Shown here: piece after piece, positions 29,801-38,443 of the stretch | Layout of the letters: the number at the start of each line of letters is the position of its first letter | How positions within the stretch are numbered: the stretch's first letter is position 1 | IMG/VR virus record: IMGVR_UViG_3300045996_002337 | Location: 62,001 to 126,000 of that record | DNA: 64,000 bases | Direction: 5' to 3' (one strand) | The notes under the pieces: model-generated | The model's input: only the letters and a program-made list of their open reading frames with translations | Told to the model about the DNA's origin: nothing | Database searches by the model: none | Made by a program: the position numbers and the translations under genes

Positions 29801-31162
29801 TCAGTCGACCTGGAACTTACGGGTCAGGTCACTGAGGCTCGGTTTCGGGGCTCCAGGCTTTACGCCTTGGATTGTTGGGCTGCTTTTCTTGTTGAACTGT
29901 AGATCTGTTCCCATGTCCGAGATCTTCAGGGTCGTCTTGTTCCAGGCCATTGTGACCTGCTTGGTGCCTGCATCAGAGTTACGTGCCTTTGGAAATTCGA
30001 AGCGGTACTCACCAGCCTCATGCATTGCATCAGTCTTCACGGTTGCGATCATCAAGTCAGACGTGTTCGTCTTGGATGAGCCACCTTGAACGTTACCTTG
30101 GTGCATCTTCTCGCCGTTATTGATCTTATCGGTTGCTCCCTTTTCAAGCTGCGATGCCGAGATCATGATGCAGTTGAAGTCCAAACCGATGGCTCGAACC
30201 TCCTGTGAGACGTACTTGTCATTCGTGAACATGTTGTCACCAGCACCGCGCTGAATCGGCGCCATGATGTCAAGATAGTCGACAATGATGAAGTCAGGGC
30301 GGAAGGCCTTGGTGGATTCAAGCTGCCGCAGGTAGGCGATGATGTCGTTCGCGGTGGTCGTGCCCTCGCGCATTCGCTTGATGAAGAACTTGGCACCTGT
30401 GCGTTCACCGAACAGCTCAATCTCATGGGCCACCTGGGCCTTGTTCATGTTGATCATGCCACTTGCGATGCGAGCGATCATCTGGTCGGTACGTCGAGCA
30501 ACCTTCTTGTCACGCATTTCAAGCGAAACGTAAACGCCGTTTAGCCCCTGCTCGAGCAAGTTTCGACCGAGGTTCAGCATCGAAACCGACTTGCCACCAC
30601 CAGATGGTGCGAGGAAGGTCACAAGTTCCTGTCGTCCAACACCGCCACCAATCACGTCGTCGACACTCTTCCAACCAGTAGAGATGACCGGATCCTCCGT
30701 CTCGTCGGATTCAAGACGCTGCAGTGGGTTGTCGAAGTAGTCGATGCCAAGGTCAGTCATCAGGCCAATCTCAGTCGCGGCCTTCATCTCGGCGACCATT
30801 CGACCGAGGTCACCAGTTTCGAAGTAGCCGTCCTTGCCGGTCGCCTTGCGAATCACCTCAATGCACGCTTGAAACTTGCAGAACTCGGCGATCTGCTCGG
30901 ACACAAACTCGATGTCCTGGCGTGGAAGCAGCACCTGGTCCGTTGGGAGCTTCGTTGCCGCCTTGAAGACGCTTTCGGCTGGAACTGCGCGGTACTCTTG
31001 GAAATACTCTTGAATGAACTTGACGCCCTTTGCAAGGTGCGGGTCAAAAAATGACGGGCGAATAAGGTTGTTCACCCGAGCAAACAGCTCAGGGTTTGAA
31101 AGCATCGAGTTGATGTAGAGACGCTGTGCGTCCTCGTCTAAAAGTGGTACGTTGTTGTTCAA
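29801..31162 (-). CDS. gp41: Replicative DNA helicase (gp41/DnaB-like)
   Basis: Walker A APSGGGKS, 'SLEM', 'IVDYLDIM', 'ASQL'. Confidence 0.9.
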   Translation of the reverse strand: MNNNVPLLDEDAQRLYINSMLSNPELFARVNNLIRPSFFDPHLAKGVKFIQEYFQEYRAVPAESVFKAATKLPTDQVLLPRQDIEFVSEQIAEFCKFQACIEVIRKATGKDGYFETGDLGRMVAEMKAATEIGLMTDLGIDYFDNPLQRLESDETEDPVISTGWKSVDDVIGGGVGRQELVTFLAPSGGGKSVSMLNLGRNLLEQGLNGVYVSLEMRDKKVARRTDQMIARIASGMINMNKAQVAHEIELFGERTGAKFFIKRMREGTTTANDIIAYLRQLESTKAFRPDFIIVDYLDIMAPIQRGAGDNMFTNDKYVSQEVRAIGLDFNCIMISASQLEKGATDKINNGEKMHQGNVQGGSSKTNTSDLMIATVKTDAMHEAGEYRFEFPKARNSDAGTKQVTMAWNKTTLKISDMGTDLQFNKKSSPTIQGVKPGAPKPSLSDLTRKFQVD

Positions 31163-31164
31163 GT

Positions 31165-32178
31165 CTATCTTCTCCTCAGTCTATCTTCCAAGCCCCAAAG
31201 GTTGAGCTCGATAGAAGATTGTAACTTATTGTCTGGGTGGCGCGCGTTCTTTAGCAGGCTGTAGGCGGTGAATGGTAGACCGTAATTCTCTACTGACTCA
31301 TTGATGTCATTGACGCGATTATCAACTGTCGTAATCTCCCAACCATTTTCGAGCACCTGCTGGGACAGCGAATCACCCTGTGAATCGCGGTCTCGTACAA
31401 ATATGAGGCGGCGCCTAGTTCTCTTCAGAATTTCTATCTTAGCGGCGTTCAGTGAAGCGCCCATGATAGAGATACCATCGACGAGGATGGCGTTGAAAAC
31501 ACCTTCTGTCACGAACAAAGGAGCTTCCTCATACGAGTGGAGCTTGTCGTAGCCGTAGATGACTGCATCCTTTGAGACGACGCAGTTGAGGTAGCGGGGC
31601 TTGACGTCGTTGTCAATCGCTCTCGCCTGCCAATAAATGAGCTTGCCATCTCTCCAATAAGGAATGATGACCCGGCGAAGCATCTTTGGATCCAGGCTAA
31701 AGTAAAACTGCGTCTCAAGCGGATCGATGCGCCTAGCGATAAGGTACTCAAGAAGTGGCTCTTGAAAATCTTCTAGACCCTCACTTAACAGAGGGCGGGT
31801 ACGATCTGGAAACGCCACCTCTGGGGTGAAAAGCTTTACCTTTGTGAGGCTTTCAGATGTGATTTCTTTTTCTGTCTTTTCGGCAGGATTCAGAAAAATT
31901 GAAGACGTCAGCTCACGAAGGTCCTCACGAGAGATGCCGAAAGCCTCAAGGATTTCCTTGGCGTTGCGAGACAGCTTGCCTGTGCCTTCTTCGTAACGAA
32001 AGCGCGCGGAACAATTCCAGCAGCTGTAGCCCGTGGTGTCGCCATCAAACTTGAACCCACCGCGCTCACTGTGATCGTTGCAGACAGGGCAGCGTAGATT
32101 GTAGAAGCCCGTTGAACTGAGCTTTCCCAAGCTTACGCGTTGTTGAATGATGTCTGCTAATGACTTTTGTTCGATCAT
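31165..32178 (-). CDS. gp61: DNA primase (gp61-like)
   Basis: Zn ribbon CPVC..CWNC, 'WQARAI', TOPRIM 'VTEG..NA', 'DRD'. Confidence 0.85.
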   Translation of the reverse strand: MIEQKSLADIIQQRVSLGKLSSTGFYNLRCPVCNDHSERGGFKFDGDTTGYSCWNCSARFRYEEGTGKLSRNAKEILEAFGISREDLRELTSSIFLNPAEKTEKEITSESLTKVKLFTPEVAFPDRTRPLLSEGLEDFQEPLLEYLIARRIDPLETQFYFSLDPKMLRRVIIPYWRDGKLIYWQARAIDNDVKPRYLNCVVSKDAVIYGYDKLHSYEEAPLFVTEGVFNAILVDGISIMGASLNAAKIEILKRTRRRLIFVRDRDSQGDSLSQQVLENGWEITTVDNRVNDINESVENYGLPFTAYSLLKNARHPDNKLQSSIELNLWGLEDRLRRR

Positions 32179-32231
32179 GCTTCATTGTAACACCAGTGGA
32201 ACCTGGGTTAAACCTGAAGCTCGAATGCAGG

Positions 32232-32318
32232 TTAGACGCGCTTAACGATTTTCTTGCCACCAGAGCCTGGCTCTTCTAGCTTGCCGGCGCGCTTCGGCTC
32301 TAGTTCTGCTACTTTCAT
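32232..32318 (-). CDS. 28-aa mini-ORF/remnant with shared leader (MKVAELEPKRAGKLEEPGSGGKKIVKRV)
   Basis: Not in the ORF track; ATGA overlap; first 18 nt identical to the start of 32315-32668. Confidence 0.45.
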   Translation of the reverse strand: MKVAELEPKRAGKLEEPGSGGKKIVKRV

Positions 32319-32668
32319 GAGTCACTGTCGATGCTTTTTACAGCCGCGAGATCCTTTAGCTTGATCTCTTTTTCATCATGATTATCACCAGTGATGAGAC
32401 GTACTGAAGCCGGTCGATAGCGCTTCGACCATGTAACAACTGGGGCGTCACTCATATTGGCCGGGTGTTCGCCCTTACGCATTAGGTAAATCGCACCGTA
32501 AAGATCTTCGTCATATTCGCCAAACTCATTGTTAAGCAGATCGACAATGTCAAGCTTGAAGCGCTTAGCAAATGCCTCGAGAATGTCAAGAACGAGACGT
32601 TCCTTTTCGTACGCGTTGAGCTTAGGTTTGGACGTTTTTTCGGCTTCGAATAGTTCTGCTACTTTCAT
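32301..32668. repeat. 18-bp direct repeat TAGTTCTGCTACTTTCAT (32301-32318 and 32651-32668)
   Basis: Exact match, encodes MKVAEL on the minus strand. Confidence 0.9.
32315..32668 (-). CDS. Putative internal head protein (leader MKVAELFE)
   Basis: Shared leader; late operon. Confidence 0.55.
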   Translation of the reverse strand: MKVAELFEAEKTSKPKLNAYEKERLVLDILEAFAKRFKLDIVDLLNNEFGEYDEDLYGAIYLMRKGEHPANMSDAPVVTWSKRYRPASVRLITGDNHDEKEIKLKDLAAVKSIDSDS

Positions 32669-33102
32669 CGGTTACTTTTAGAAAGGATGTACTCCATGTT
32701 TCCGTACTTGTCTTCGGTTTTCTTTAACTTGAAGCCAAGCTCGCTCGCTGCTCTCTTGAGCAAACGGTCATAGAGGCGTTCACGAGAGGCCGATTCGCCA
32801 TCAATCACTACTATGAGAAGCTCTGGTTTTACGCCGCTAATAAGACGTTTCACAAACTCCGCTGCATAACTGAAGACTTCGAACTCATTACCGGATCCAG
32901 TTGCCTCAAGCTCTCCGTATTCGTCGAAGTAGATTGCCCAAGAGTTCTCTGGATAATTTCTGTCTTCTTCCGGATCAGGCTGAATCTTCAGCGCACCGAA
33001 GTTGATGGCACGATCGCCGATGGTGACAGTTGAGCTAACCTTGTCCGCCGTAAATTTGACGTCCATCTCTTTGGCTGACTTGAAGAGTTCTTGTAGTTTC
33101 AT
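32665..33102 (-). CDS. Putative internal head protein (leader MKLQELFK)
   Basis: Shared leader; 'TG.GN.F.VF...SR.RLYDRL' phage family pattern. Confidence 0.55.
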   Translation of the reverse strand: MKLQELFKSAKEMDVKFTADKVSSTVTIGDRAINFGALKIQPDPEEDRNYPENSWAIYFDEYGELEATGSGNEFEVFSYAAEFVKRLISGVKPELLIVVIDGESASRERLYDRLLKRAASELGFKLKKTEDKYGNMEYILSKSNR

Positions 33103-33575
33103 TTGTCAACTTTCACGACCGAATGACCTTTGATTTTGAATTGATCAGGGTCAAATAGAATGTATGCCTCAATCTGCTCGTTCTCTAGCGCATCAAACAC
33201 GTGGAGACTGTCATATCCCTCTTTTTTGAGCTGGGCCACGAACCGTGGAACATAAACTAAGTCAATTGGATTTGACCCATCATATTCACTGTGCTCGGCA
33301 ATTTCTTTACAGTAGAAATATGGCCTAAGGCTAAAATCAACGCCTGCACGCTCTGCCATCTCGAATAGGTCGCCATCATCAAGAGGATTGTTGACGCTTA
33401 ATTCGCCATGCAGCACGACGCCTTCGCCATTACCGCTATTTTCAATAGCGTACCATCTGGCGCCACTTTTTTCCAAAGTCACAAAAATCGGAGGCCGAAG
33501 ATTGGTCGTGGGTAGCTTGCCGGTGCCATGAAACGCCTTGAGTTTTTTGGCTTCAAATAGCTGTTCAAGTTTCAT
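33099..33575 (-). CDS. ADP-ribosyltransferase-like (ART-PolyVal type) internal protein (leader MKLEQLFE)
   Basis: 'AFHGT', 'IFVT.....A.WYA', 'L.V.NPLD', 'LKKEGYD', 'YILFDPDQFK'. Confidence 0.65.
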   Translation of the reverse strand: MKLEQLFEAKKLKAFHGTGKLPTTNLRPPIFVTLEKSGARWYAIENSGNGEGVVLHGELSVNNPLDDGDLFEMAERAGVDFSLRPYFYCKEIAEHSEYDGSNPIDLVYVPRFVAQLKKEGYDSLHVFDALENEQIEAYILFDPDQFKIKGHSVVKVDK

Positions 33576-34054
33576 TTATATCCAGTGAAAACGAGCTTCT
33601 TTGGATTCTTGTCATCGCGCATGACCTTAAATGTCTGCATGTCACTCACGGGTTCTCCACGAATCCCGATATCGTCTTCTTCTGACCATTCAAACGTGGC
33701 CCGAATCGTGGCAACTGCAACGTCCTGCCCGCTCTCCAATGTAATCTCGCTGTGGCTGATGATTGAAAGATCGTCCATCCGGCCACCAAAAATATCCTTA
33801 GCAATTTTCTCGATCTCGGCTGCATCATCAGCCGAAATTTTGGTCCATGGCCAAAGTGTATCGTAGTCATCGAACCCCGATTTTTCCCATTTTTCCGTCC
33901 ACCACTGAGGCGAATACTTAGCCGGCTTGGCCTTCTTAGCTGTCTTCTCTTTCCAAGCCTTGGCTTCAGCGGAGTTGGCGTCTTTGAAACGCTTCTCAAC
34001 GCCGTCAGCAGATTTGACTACGTACATTCCTTCAAACAGATCTGATACTTTCAT
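33572..34054 (-). CDS. Putative internal head protein (leader MKVSDLFE)
   Basis: Start moved to ATG 34054, 22 nt after the late promoter. Confidence 0.55.
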   Translation of the reverse strand: MKVSDLFEGMYVVKSADGVEKRFKDANSAEAKAWKEKTAKKAKPAKYSPQWWTEKWEKSGFDDYDTLWPWTKISADDAAEIEKIAKDIFGGRMDDLSIISHSEITLESGQDVAVATIRATFEWSEEDDIGIRGEPVSDMQTFKVMRDDKNPKKLVFTGYK

Positions 34055-34076
34055 GAGGCGCCCCAATGTGTTCGTT

Positions 34077-34083
34077 TATTTAT
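34077..34083 (-). promoter_or_regulatory. T4-type late promoter core driving the leader-gene array
   Basis: ATAAATA on the minus strand. Confidence 0.7.
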
Positions 34084-34292
34084 GCATCTGGAAGAACAGG
34101 GACCCATGGGGTTGACCGTCGCTCCATCTCATGACTTTGAAACCCGGAATACCCAGGAGTCATCGTCAGAACCTTATTGCAATCTGCACAGACTACAAAC
34201 ACGCTAGAGACCTGCCACTCACCCTCGGCAAAGACCTCAAAATCGCTTGTCACCTTATTCAGGTGAGCGCAGCTCATTTTCGCCGCTTCCAT
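34080..34292 (-). CDS. Small hypothetical protein (Cys/His-containing)
   Basis: ORF coupled to the SLT gene; start probably MSCAH. Confidence 0.4.
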   Translation of the reverse strand: MEAAKMSCAHLNKVTSDFEVFAEGEWQVSSVFVVCADCNKVLTMTPGYSGFQSHEMERRSTPWVPVLPDA

Positions 34293-34906
34293 GCAGCCAA
34301 CTTGGCTTCAGCGCCTAGGGCATAATGGAAGGTGTCATCGACGGCCTTCACACCACCCGGCCCACGGTTGTAGGCATTCACCAGTTCACGGCCGTGAAAC
34401 CCATATTGGACCTGAAGCATGCGAAGATACTTTGTGCCGACCTCGAGATTAAATTTCTCATTGAGGATCAAGTTGGCCTTGATTTCATCATCCGTGCGTG
34501 TGTGAAAGTCATACTTTGCCCAAAGGCCGGGGTAGCGAGCGAGGACATCTTTCGTGGCAGCCAGCTTAATTTGCATGGGGCCGAAGTAAGCCTCAGGTCC
34601 AGGGTTCGCTACCTTGTAGCTCTTTAGTCCACCCGCGTGCGTTTCCTGTAGAAGGACACTTTGCACAACCTCGGGGTTCTTGAATCCTTCGGCCTTAGCC
34701 AAAGAATACGCCATGTTGAGGAGGGCGCTCTGTTTGCTAGTCAGCGTGGTCGGGAGAAGCGTGGCCGCTTGACCTCCCATCGTCTTGCCAGGTTTTTCAG
34801 CGATTACAGCGGTCGGTGCAGGCGCTGGCAGAAGTTGGTAAAGCTCGTACGCTCCACTGATAACGCCTGCCGCAAACAACACCATGACGGCGATTACTTT
34901 TTTCAT
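34274..34906 (-). CDS. Lytic transglycosylase (SLT-like) with N-terminal signal/anchor
   Basis: 'LLQET', 'GPMQI', 'G.KYL', 'AYNRGPG'. Confidence 0.8.
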   Translation of the reverse strand: MKKVIAVMVLFAAGVISGAYELYQLLPAPAPTAVIAEKPGKTMGGQAATLLPTTLTSKQSALLNMAYSLAKAEGFKNPEVVQSVLLQETHAGGLKSYKVANPGPEAYFGPMQIKLAATKDVLARYPGLWAKYDFHTRTDDEIKANLILNEKFNLEVGTKYLRMLQVQYGFHGRELVNAYNRGPGGVKAVDDTFHYALGAEAKLAAWKRRK

Positions 34907-35032
34907 CTTATTTTCCTTTATGAGTTCTTAGTATGGGTTAAGCCACGCGAAGCACTTTTACGCCAGCACATCAGCTGGGAGATTCATTCTAACATAAGGG
35001 CGTCAGGAAGTAAAATGCTGATTCCTGAAAAG

Positions 35033-35058
35033 AGAAAAGGACCGTTAGGTCCTTTTCT
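35033..35058. terminator. Probable (bidirectional) intrinsic terminator
   Basis: AGAAAAGGACC-GTTA-GGTCCTTTTCT. Confidence 0.7.
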
Positions 35059-35077
35059 TGTTAAACGCGTGAAACGT

Positions 35078-35506
35078 TTAGAGAGTTGGCTTCTCGTTCG
35101 TGACCTGAGCGCCGCGTGGATCCGAGAACTTCGAGCCGATGATGTTGTCTTCACCGTACACTTCTACGGAAGCGAGGCCGCCACCAAGGATAGCACCACG
35201 AGGACGCTTGACCTTAACGTAGTTCATGTGGAAGAAGTCAAGCGGGTTGATGCCGTTGTTCAGCTTGCCTTGCGACAGGAGTTCCCACAGTGGGTACTTG
35301 TCGGCGTGGACGGAAACCAAGAACTTCTTCAGGCGACCCTTGTCAATCGGGTGAAGCTTGTCAACTTCAATGCCGTAGATCTGGCCATCCGGTGTTTCCA
35401 TCACAACGGCGACTTCCTTAAGGATGCCGTCGTCGTTCCAGTCAATGAGGTAGACGTGATGCAGGTCGGTGGCCCGCTTGTCAATTTTTGCAGGTGCTTG
35501 TGCCAT
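35078..35506 (-). CDS. Hypothetical late protein
   Basis: AGGAG SD, TATAAATA at 35603-35610, own terminator. Confidence 0.6.
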   Translation of the reverse strand: MAQAPAKIDKRATDLHHVYLIDWNDDGILKEVAVVMETPDGQIYGIEVDKLHPIDKGRLKKFLVSVHADKYPLWELLSQGKLNNGINPLDFFHMNYVKVKRPRGAILGGGLASVEVYGEDNIIGSKFSDPRGAQVTNEKPTL

Positions 35507-35633
35507 TTTTATCTCCTAAGTGGCTTGGGAAACGTTACACGTTTTGCGCACGCGAGGTGCAACCCGTTGGGTTAAGATAGAGATTGCTCTCTAATCAAAA
35601 CTTATTTATAGGAGAATGGAGGTCATCCGGTGG

Positions 35634-35921
35634 TTACATCAGTGAACCCGTTCTTGAATAGTCATTTGTAATGCGTGGTTTTAACTTATACCAAATAATG
35701 ATGCCGACAAAGAACACATTCGCGACATAGTTGCAGATCAACGGCAGGTCATAGACGTCCTTGCTGAAGAGATACACTAGCGTGAATAGTTCACCCCATA
35801 ACCACAACATCAGAAGACCCCAAGTAATCCCGTACGAATTCCCGGTCTTCCAGGAATCGTACGCCTGAGGTACGGCGCAGACTGCTAGGAGCGAAGCGCC
35901 GATCCAACCAAAGACTTCCAT
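35634..35921 (-). CDS. PQ-loop / SemiSWEET-like membrane protein
   Basis: 'GWIG..LL..C.VPQ....W' and three TM helices. Confidence 0.7.
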   Translation of the reverse strand: MEVFGWIGASLLAVCAVPQAYDSWKTGNSYGITWGLLMLWLWGELFTLVYLFSKDVYDLPLICNYVANVFFVGIIIWYKLKPRITNDYSRTGSLM

Positions 35922-36937
35922 TAGAACACCAATGAGCTGGTTTTCTTCTTAGCCACGTGAAACGCCTTCGTCTCTTCGCGGTGCTCTGAGTTCAATCCTG
36001 AATTAGAGAACAGCGAGACGAAATTCGCAGCATCATCACCGATCTTTTTCAGATTGTACTTACCACAGAATTTTTGAAAGTGAAACAAACTAAACTGACC
36101 GTGGTGCACCACCTCATGCTCAAGGGTCTTGAACATTTCTTCACGCACCCATTCGGGCTGGCGCTGAAGGTTCATGAGCTTGTGATTCTCTTCAAACAAG
36201 TCGCCGACGCGGAATACACGCTCTTGACCGGTAGACGGCTCATTGAACTTCCACGTTTCGTTCAGCATGTTGGTCAGCTCGTACTGATCCTCATACGCCT
36301 TCTTCAAACGGGTGGCGCGCACGCGCGGATAAGCTGGCATCACGTTGTCGCCAGCGTCTCCGCGAAACGCCTTTTCAAACATGAAGTAGTCAGCGTCGAT
36401 GGGGGTGCCATCCTTGTTGAGGTTACGTTCTGCACCGAGCTTATCGGGGTTGAGTAGCTTGAAACCCTTGAACTTCAGAAGCTGCACAAAGTCCTTGTCC
36501 CCAGACAGGCCGATGACTTCATCACCCTCGCCTGTGTATTTTTCAACATACGCACCGAACATGTCATCACCTTCGCATACCGGATTTGACAGGCAAACGA
36601 GTGAGGTGTGATTTCTAACAAGATCTTCGAAGGCCTTAATGAGCTCGAAGAACGGAATCATTGAATCATCTTTAACCCGATTGGCTTTGTAGATCCGTTT
36701 TGAGACGCACTCTTCAGACTTCGTGTACGTCTTGCGCCAGTTGTTTGCGCCTTCGAAGGTCAGCGCCACCTGGTCAGGGCGAACCTTGTTGTAGTGGGAT
36801 TTCAGGGTATTGAGGGCCATATGTAACGCGAGCCCTGCTTGATCTTCAGCCGATCCACCGGAGTTGTACTTGCCATGGGCGGACGCAACTCTAAACAAGA
36901 TGTTCGCGGTGTCCACGATCATACGTTTCTTAGCCAT
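35921..36937 (-). CDS. rnh: T4-type RNase H / 5'-3' exonuclease
   Basis: 'IVD..N', 'WRK', 'YKANR', 'EGDD', 'SGDKDFVQL', 'GDAGDNV'. Confidence 0.9.
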   Translation of the reverse strand: MAKKRMIVDTANILFRVASAHGKYNSGGSAEDQAGLALHMALNTLKSHYNKVRPDQVALTFEGANNWRKTYTKSEECVSKRIYKANRVKDDSMIPFFELIKAFEDLVRNHTSLVCLSNPVCEGDDMFGAYVEKYTGEGDEVIGLSGDKDFVQLLKFKGFKLLNPDKLGAERNLNKDGTPIDADYFMFEKAFRGDAGDNVMPAYPRVRATRLKKAYEDQYELTNMLNETWKFNEPSTGQERVFRVGDLFEENHKLMNLQRQPEWVREEMFKTLEHEVVHHGQFSLFHFQKFCGKYNLKKIGDDAANFVSLFSNSGLNSEHREETKAFHVAKKKTSSLVF

Positions 36938-37008
36938 CTAAATTTCCTTGATCTTTTACACCTGGAGAACCCAGGTGTCTTTAAACATTATAGCGCGCGG
37001 CTCAAATT

Positions 37009-37314
37009 TTACGCACGGGTTGTGAGGTCGGCGGCCAAATTAGGGTGCTCTGCTGAGGTAGCGGCTTCCGCGTCGACACCGTCGAGTTCGGTTGGGCGCA
37101 TCGAAGAGGCGTAGAAAAACAGCTGAACACTGTCTTCTTCTGTTTCAGCAATGAACCCGAGACCGTGAATCGTTTCAATGAACTTATCGTTCCAATTGAA
37201 TTCGACCTTGATTCGTCCATCATCCTCAAATCCCTTGATTTCAAAAGCAGCCCAAGGCTGCTTTGATTCCATCCGGCATCGATTGAGAATTTTCTCAAGC
37301 CACTTCGTTACCAT
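37009..37314 (-). CDS. Hypothetical protein
   Basis: ORF in the replication operon. Confidence 0.5.
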   Translation of the reverse strand: MVTKWLEKILNRCRMESKQPWAAFEIKGFEDDGRIKVEFNWNDKFIETIHGLGFIAETEEDSVQLFFYASSMRPTELDGVDAEAATSAEHPNLAADLTTRA

Positions 37315-37670
37315 TTGCCTGCGCCCTGAATGCTGCGAACACCAGTAGTTGCGCGCTCGACTTCGGGCTGAACAACTTCGCGGAACCGATCCGCAATCAG
37401 GTTCACGAAGAACGAATCAATCACTGCGCTAGTTGTGTCGGTCACGCTTGTTTCAACGAGCGTGTGCTGCGGCACCGTCGCGGTAACATGCTTTCCGCCA
37501 AAAGCCAGGGTGATTCGCGCGACCTGCTCCCGTGGATCCATGACCATCGCAACGGCCGGAATCCATTTTGCCTGGGCTTGAAGTTCAGCGACGGTGTGCT
37601 GAAGGTGCTTGACCTGGTTCTCCAGGTGCTGCACGTATTCTACTCTGTTCTTTTCGAAGTCTTCTGCCAT
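37308..37670 (-). CDS. Hypothetical protein
   Basis: GGAG SD, follows the clamp gene. Confidence 0.55.
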   Translation of the reverse strand: MAEDFEKNRVEYVQHLENQVKHLQHTVAELQAQAKWIPAVAMVMDPREQVARITLAFGGKHVTATVPQHTLVETSVTDTTSAVIDSFFVNLIADRFREVVQPEVERATTGVRSIQGAGKW

Positions 37671-38390
37671 TTAATCTTCTCCTGTGATTTGAGGCATGAT
37701 CATAACTGTATGTTGCTTGACCTTTGCCGTCATTGACCCGACTTCACCTACGACGAAGTCGATTTCCTCGCTCTCTTTTGCCGCCGCGTCAATGACGTCG
37801 ACAAACAAGCCCGCGAGGTACGTTTGAACGAGGCTTTGAACCTCGTCTTCGTATTTAGCGGCCGCCGAGAGCTCAATCTCAAACTTGTCATTAGCCGAAT
37901 CGGTGCACTCAAGTCGCGCAATCCCATTCCGCGAAACCTGAAGAACGATCGTCTCTGCACACAACGTCTTCACAGCCCTCGACACCTGCGCGATCTCTGC
38001 CCGTGTCATGAGGATGGTGGCGACGGGCTGATCATCATTCGATTTTGGATAGCGCACCAGCTTGGATGATGTGCAGCGAAACTGCATCTTTGTCTTTCCA
38101 GCTGAGAGAGTGAGGAGAGTTACATCACCGTTGTCATTTGTCTTGCCCTCCATCTCAACGTTTGAGCCAAAGATTGCGAGCCGTTTTTCAAGCTCCACCA
38201 CTTTACCAATGCCCATTTGAATATCGGGCGAAATCGAAAGGTCAAGGTCAGTAATGATCGCCGCATCGAGGGAAGGCAGCCGTGCACCACGTGCCATGCC
38301 TTCGTTGATTACAAGCGCGTCTACGCCAATCACCTTGCAGGCAGCAAGGACATTGCGAAGTTTTTCAATGTCGGTAGGTGTTAATTTCAT
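37671..38390 (-). CDS. Probable sliding clamp (gp45-like)
   Basis: 239 aa, starts MKLT, alternating alpha/beta pattern, next to the polymerase. Confidence 0.55.
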   Translation of the reverse strand: MKLTPTDIEKLRNVLAACKVIGVDALVINEGMARGARLPSLDAAIITDLDLSISPDIQMGIGKVVELEKRLAIFGSNVEMEGKTNDNGDVTLLTLSAGKTKMQFRCTSSKLVRYPKSNDDQPVATILMTRAEIAQVSRAVKTLCAETIVLQVSRNGIARLECTDSANDKFEIELSAAAKYEDEVQSLVQTYLAGLFVDVIDAAAKESEEIDFVVGEVGSMTAKVKQHTVMIMPQITGED

Positions 38391-38443
38391 AATGCAATTG
38401 TAACTTGTTTGTGAACCTAAAAATCGTGTTATAATGGTTGGGC

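Noticed and set aside
34661-35575. 304-aa + strand ORF
   Set aside because: Antisense shadow spanning two better-supported minus-strand genes and a terminator; no recognisable motifs
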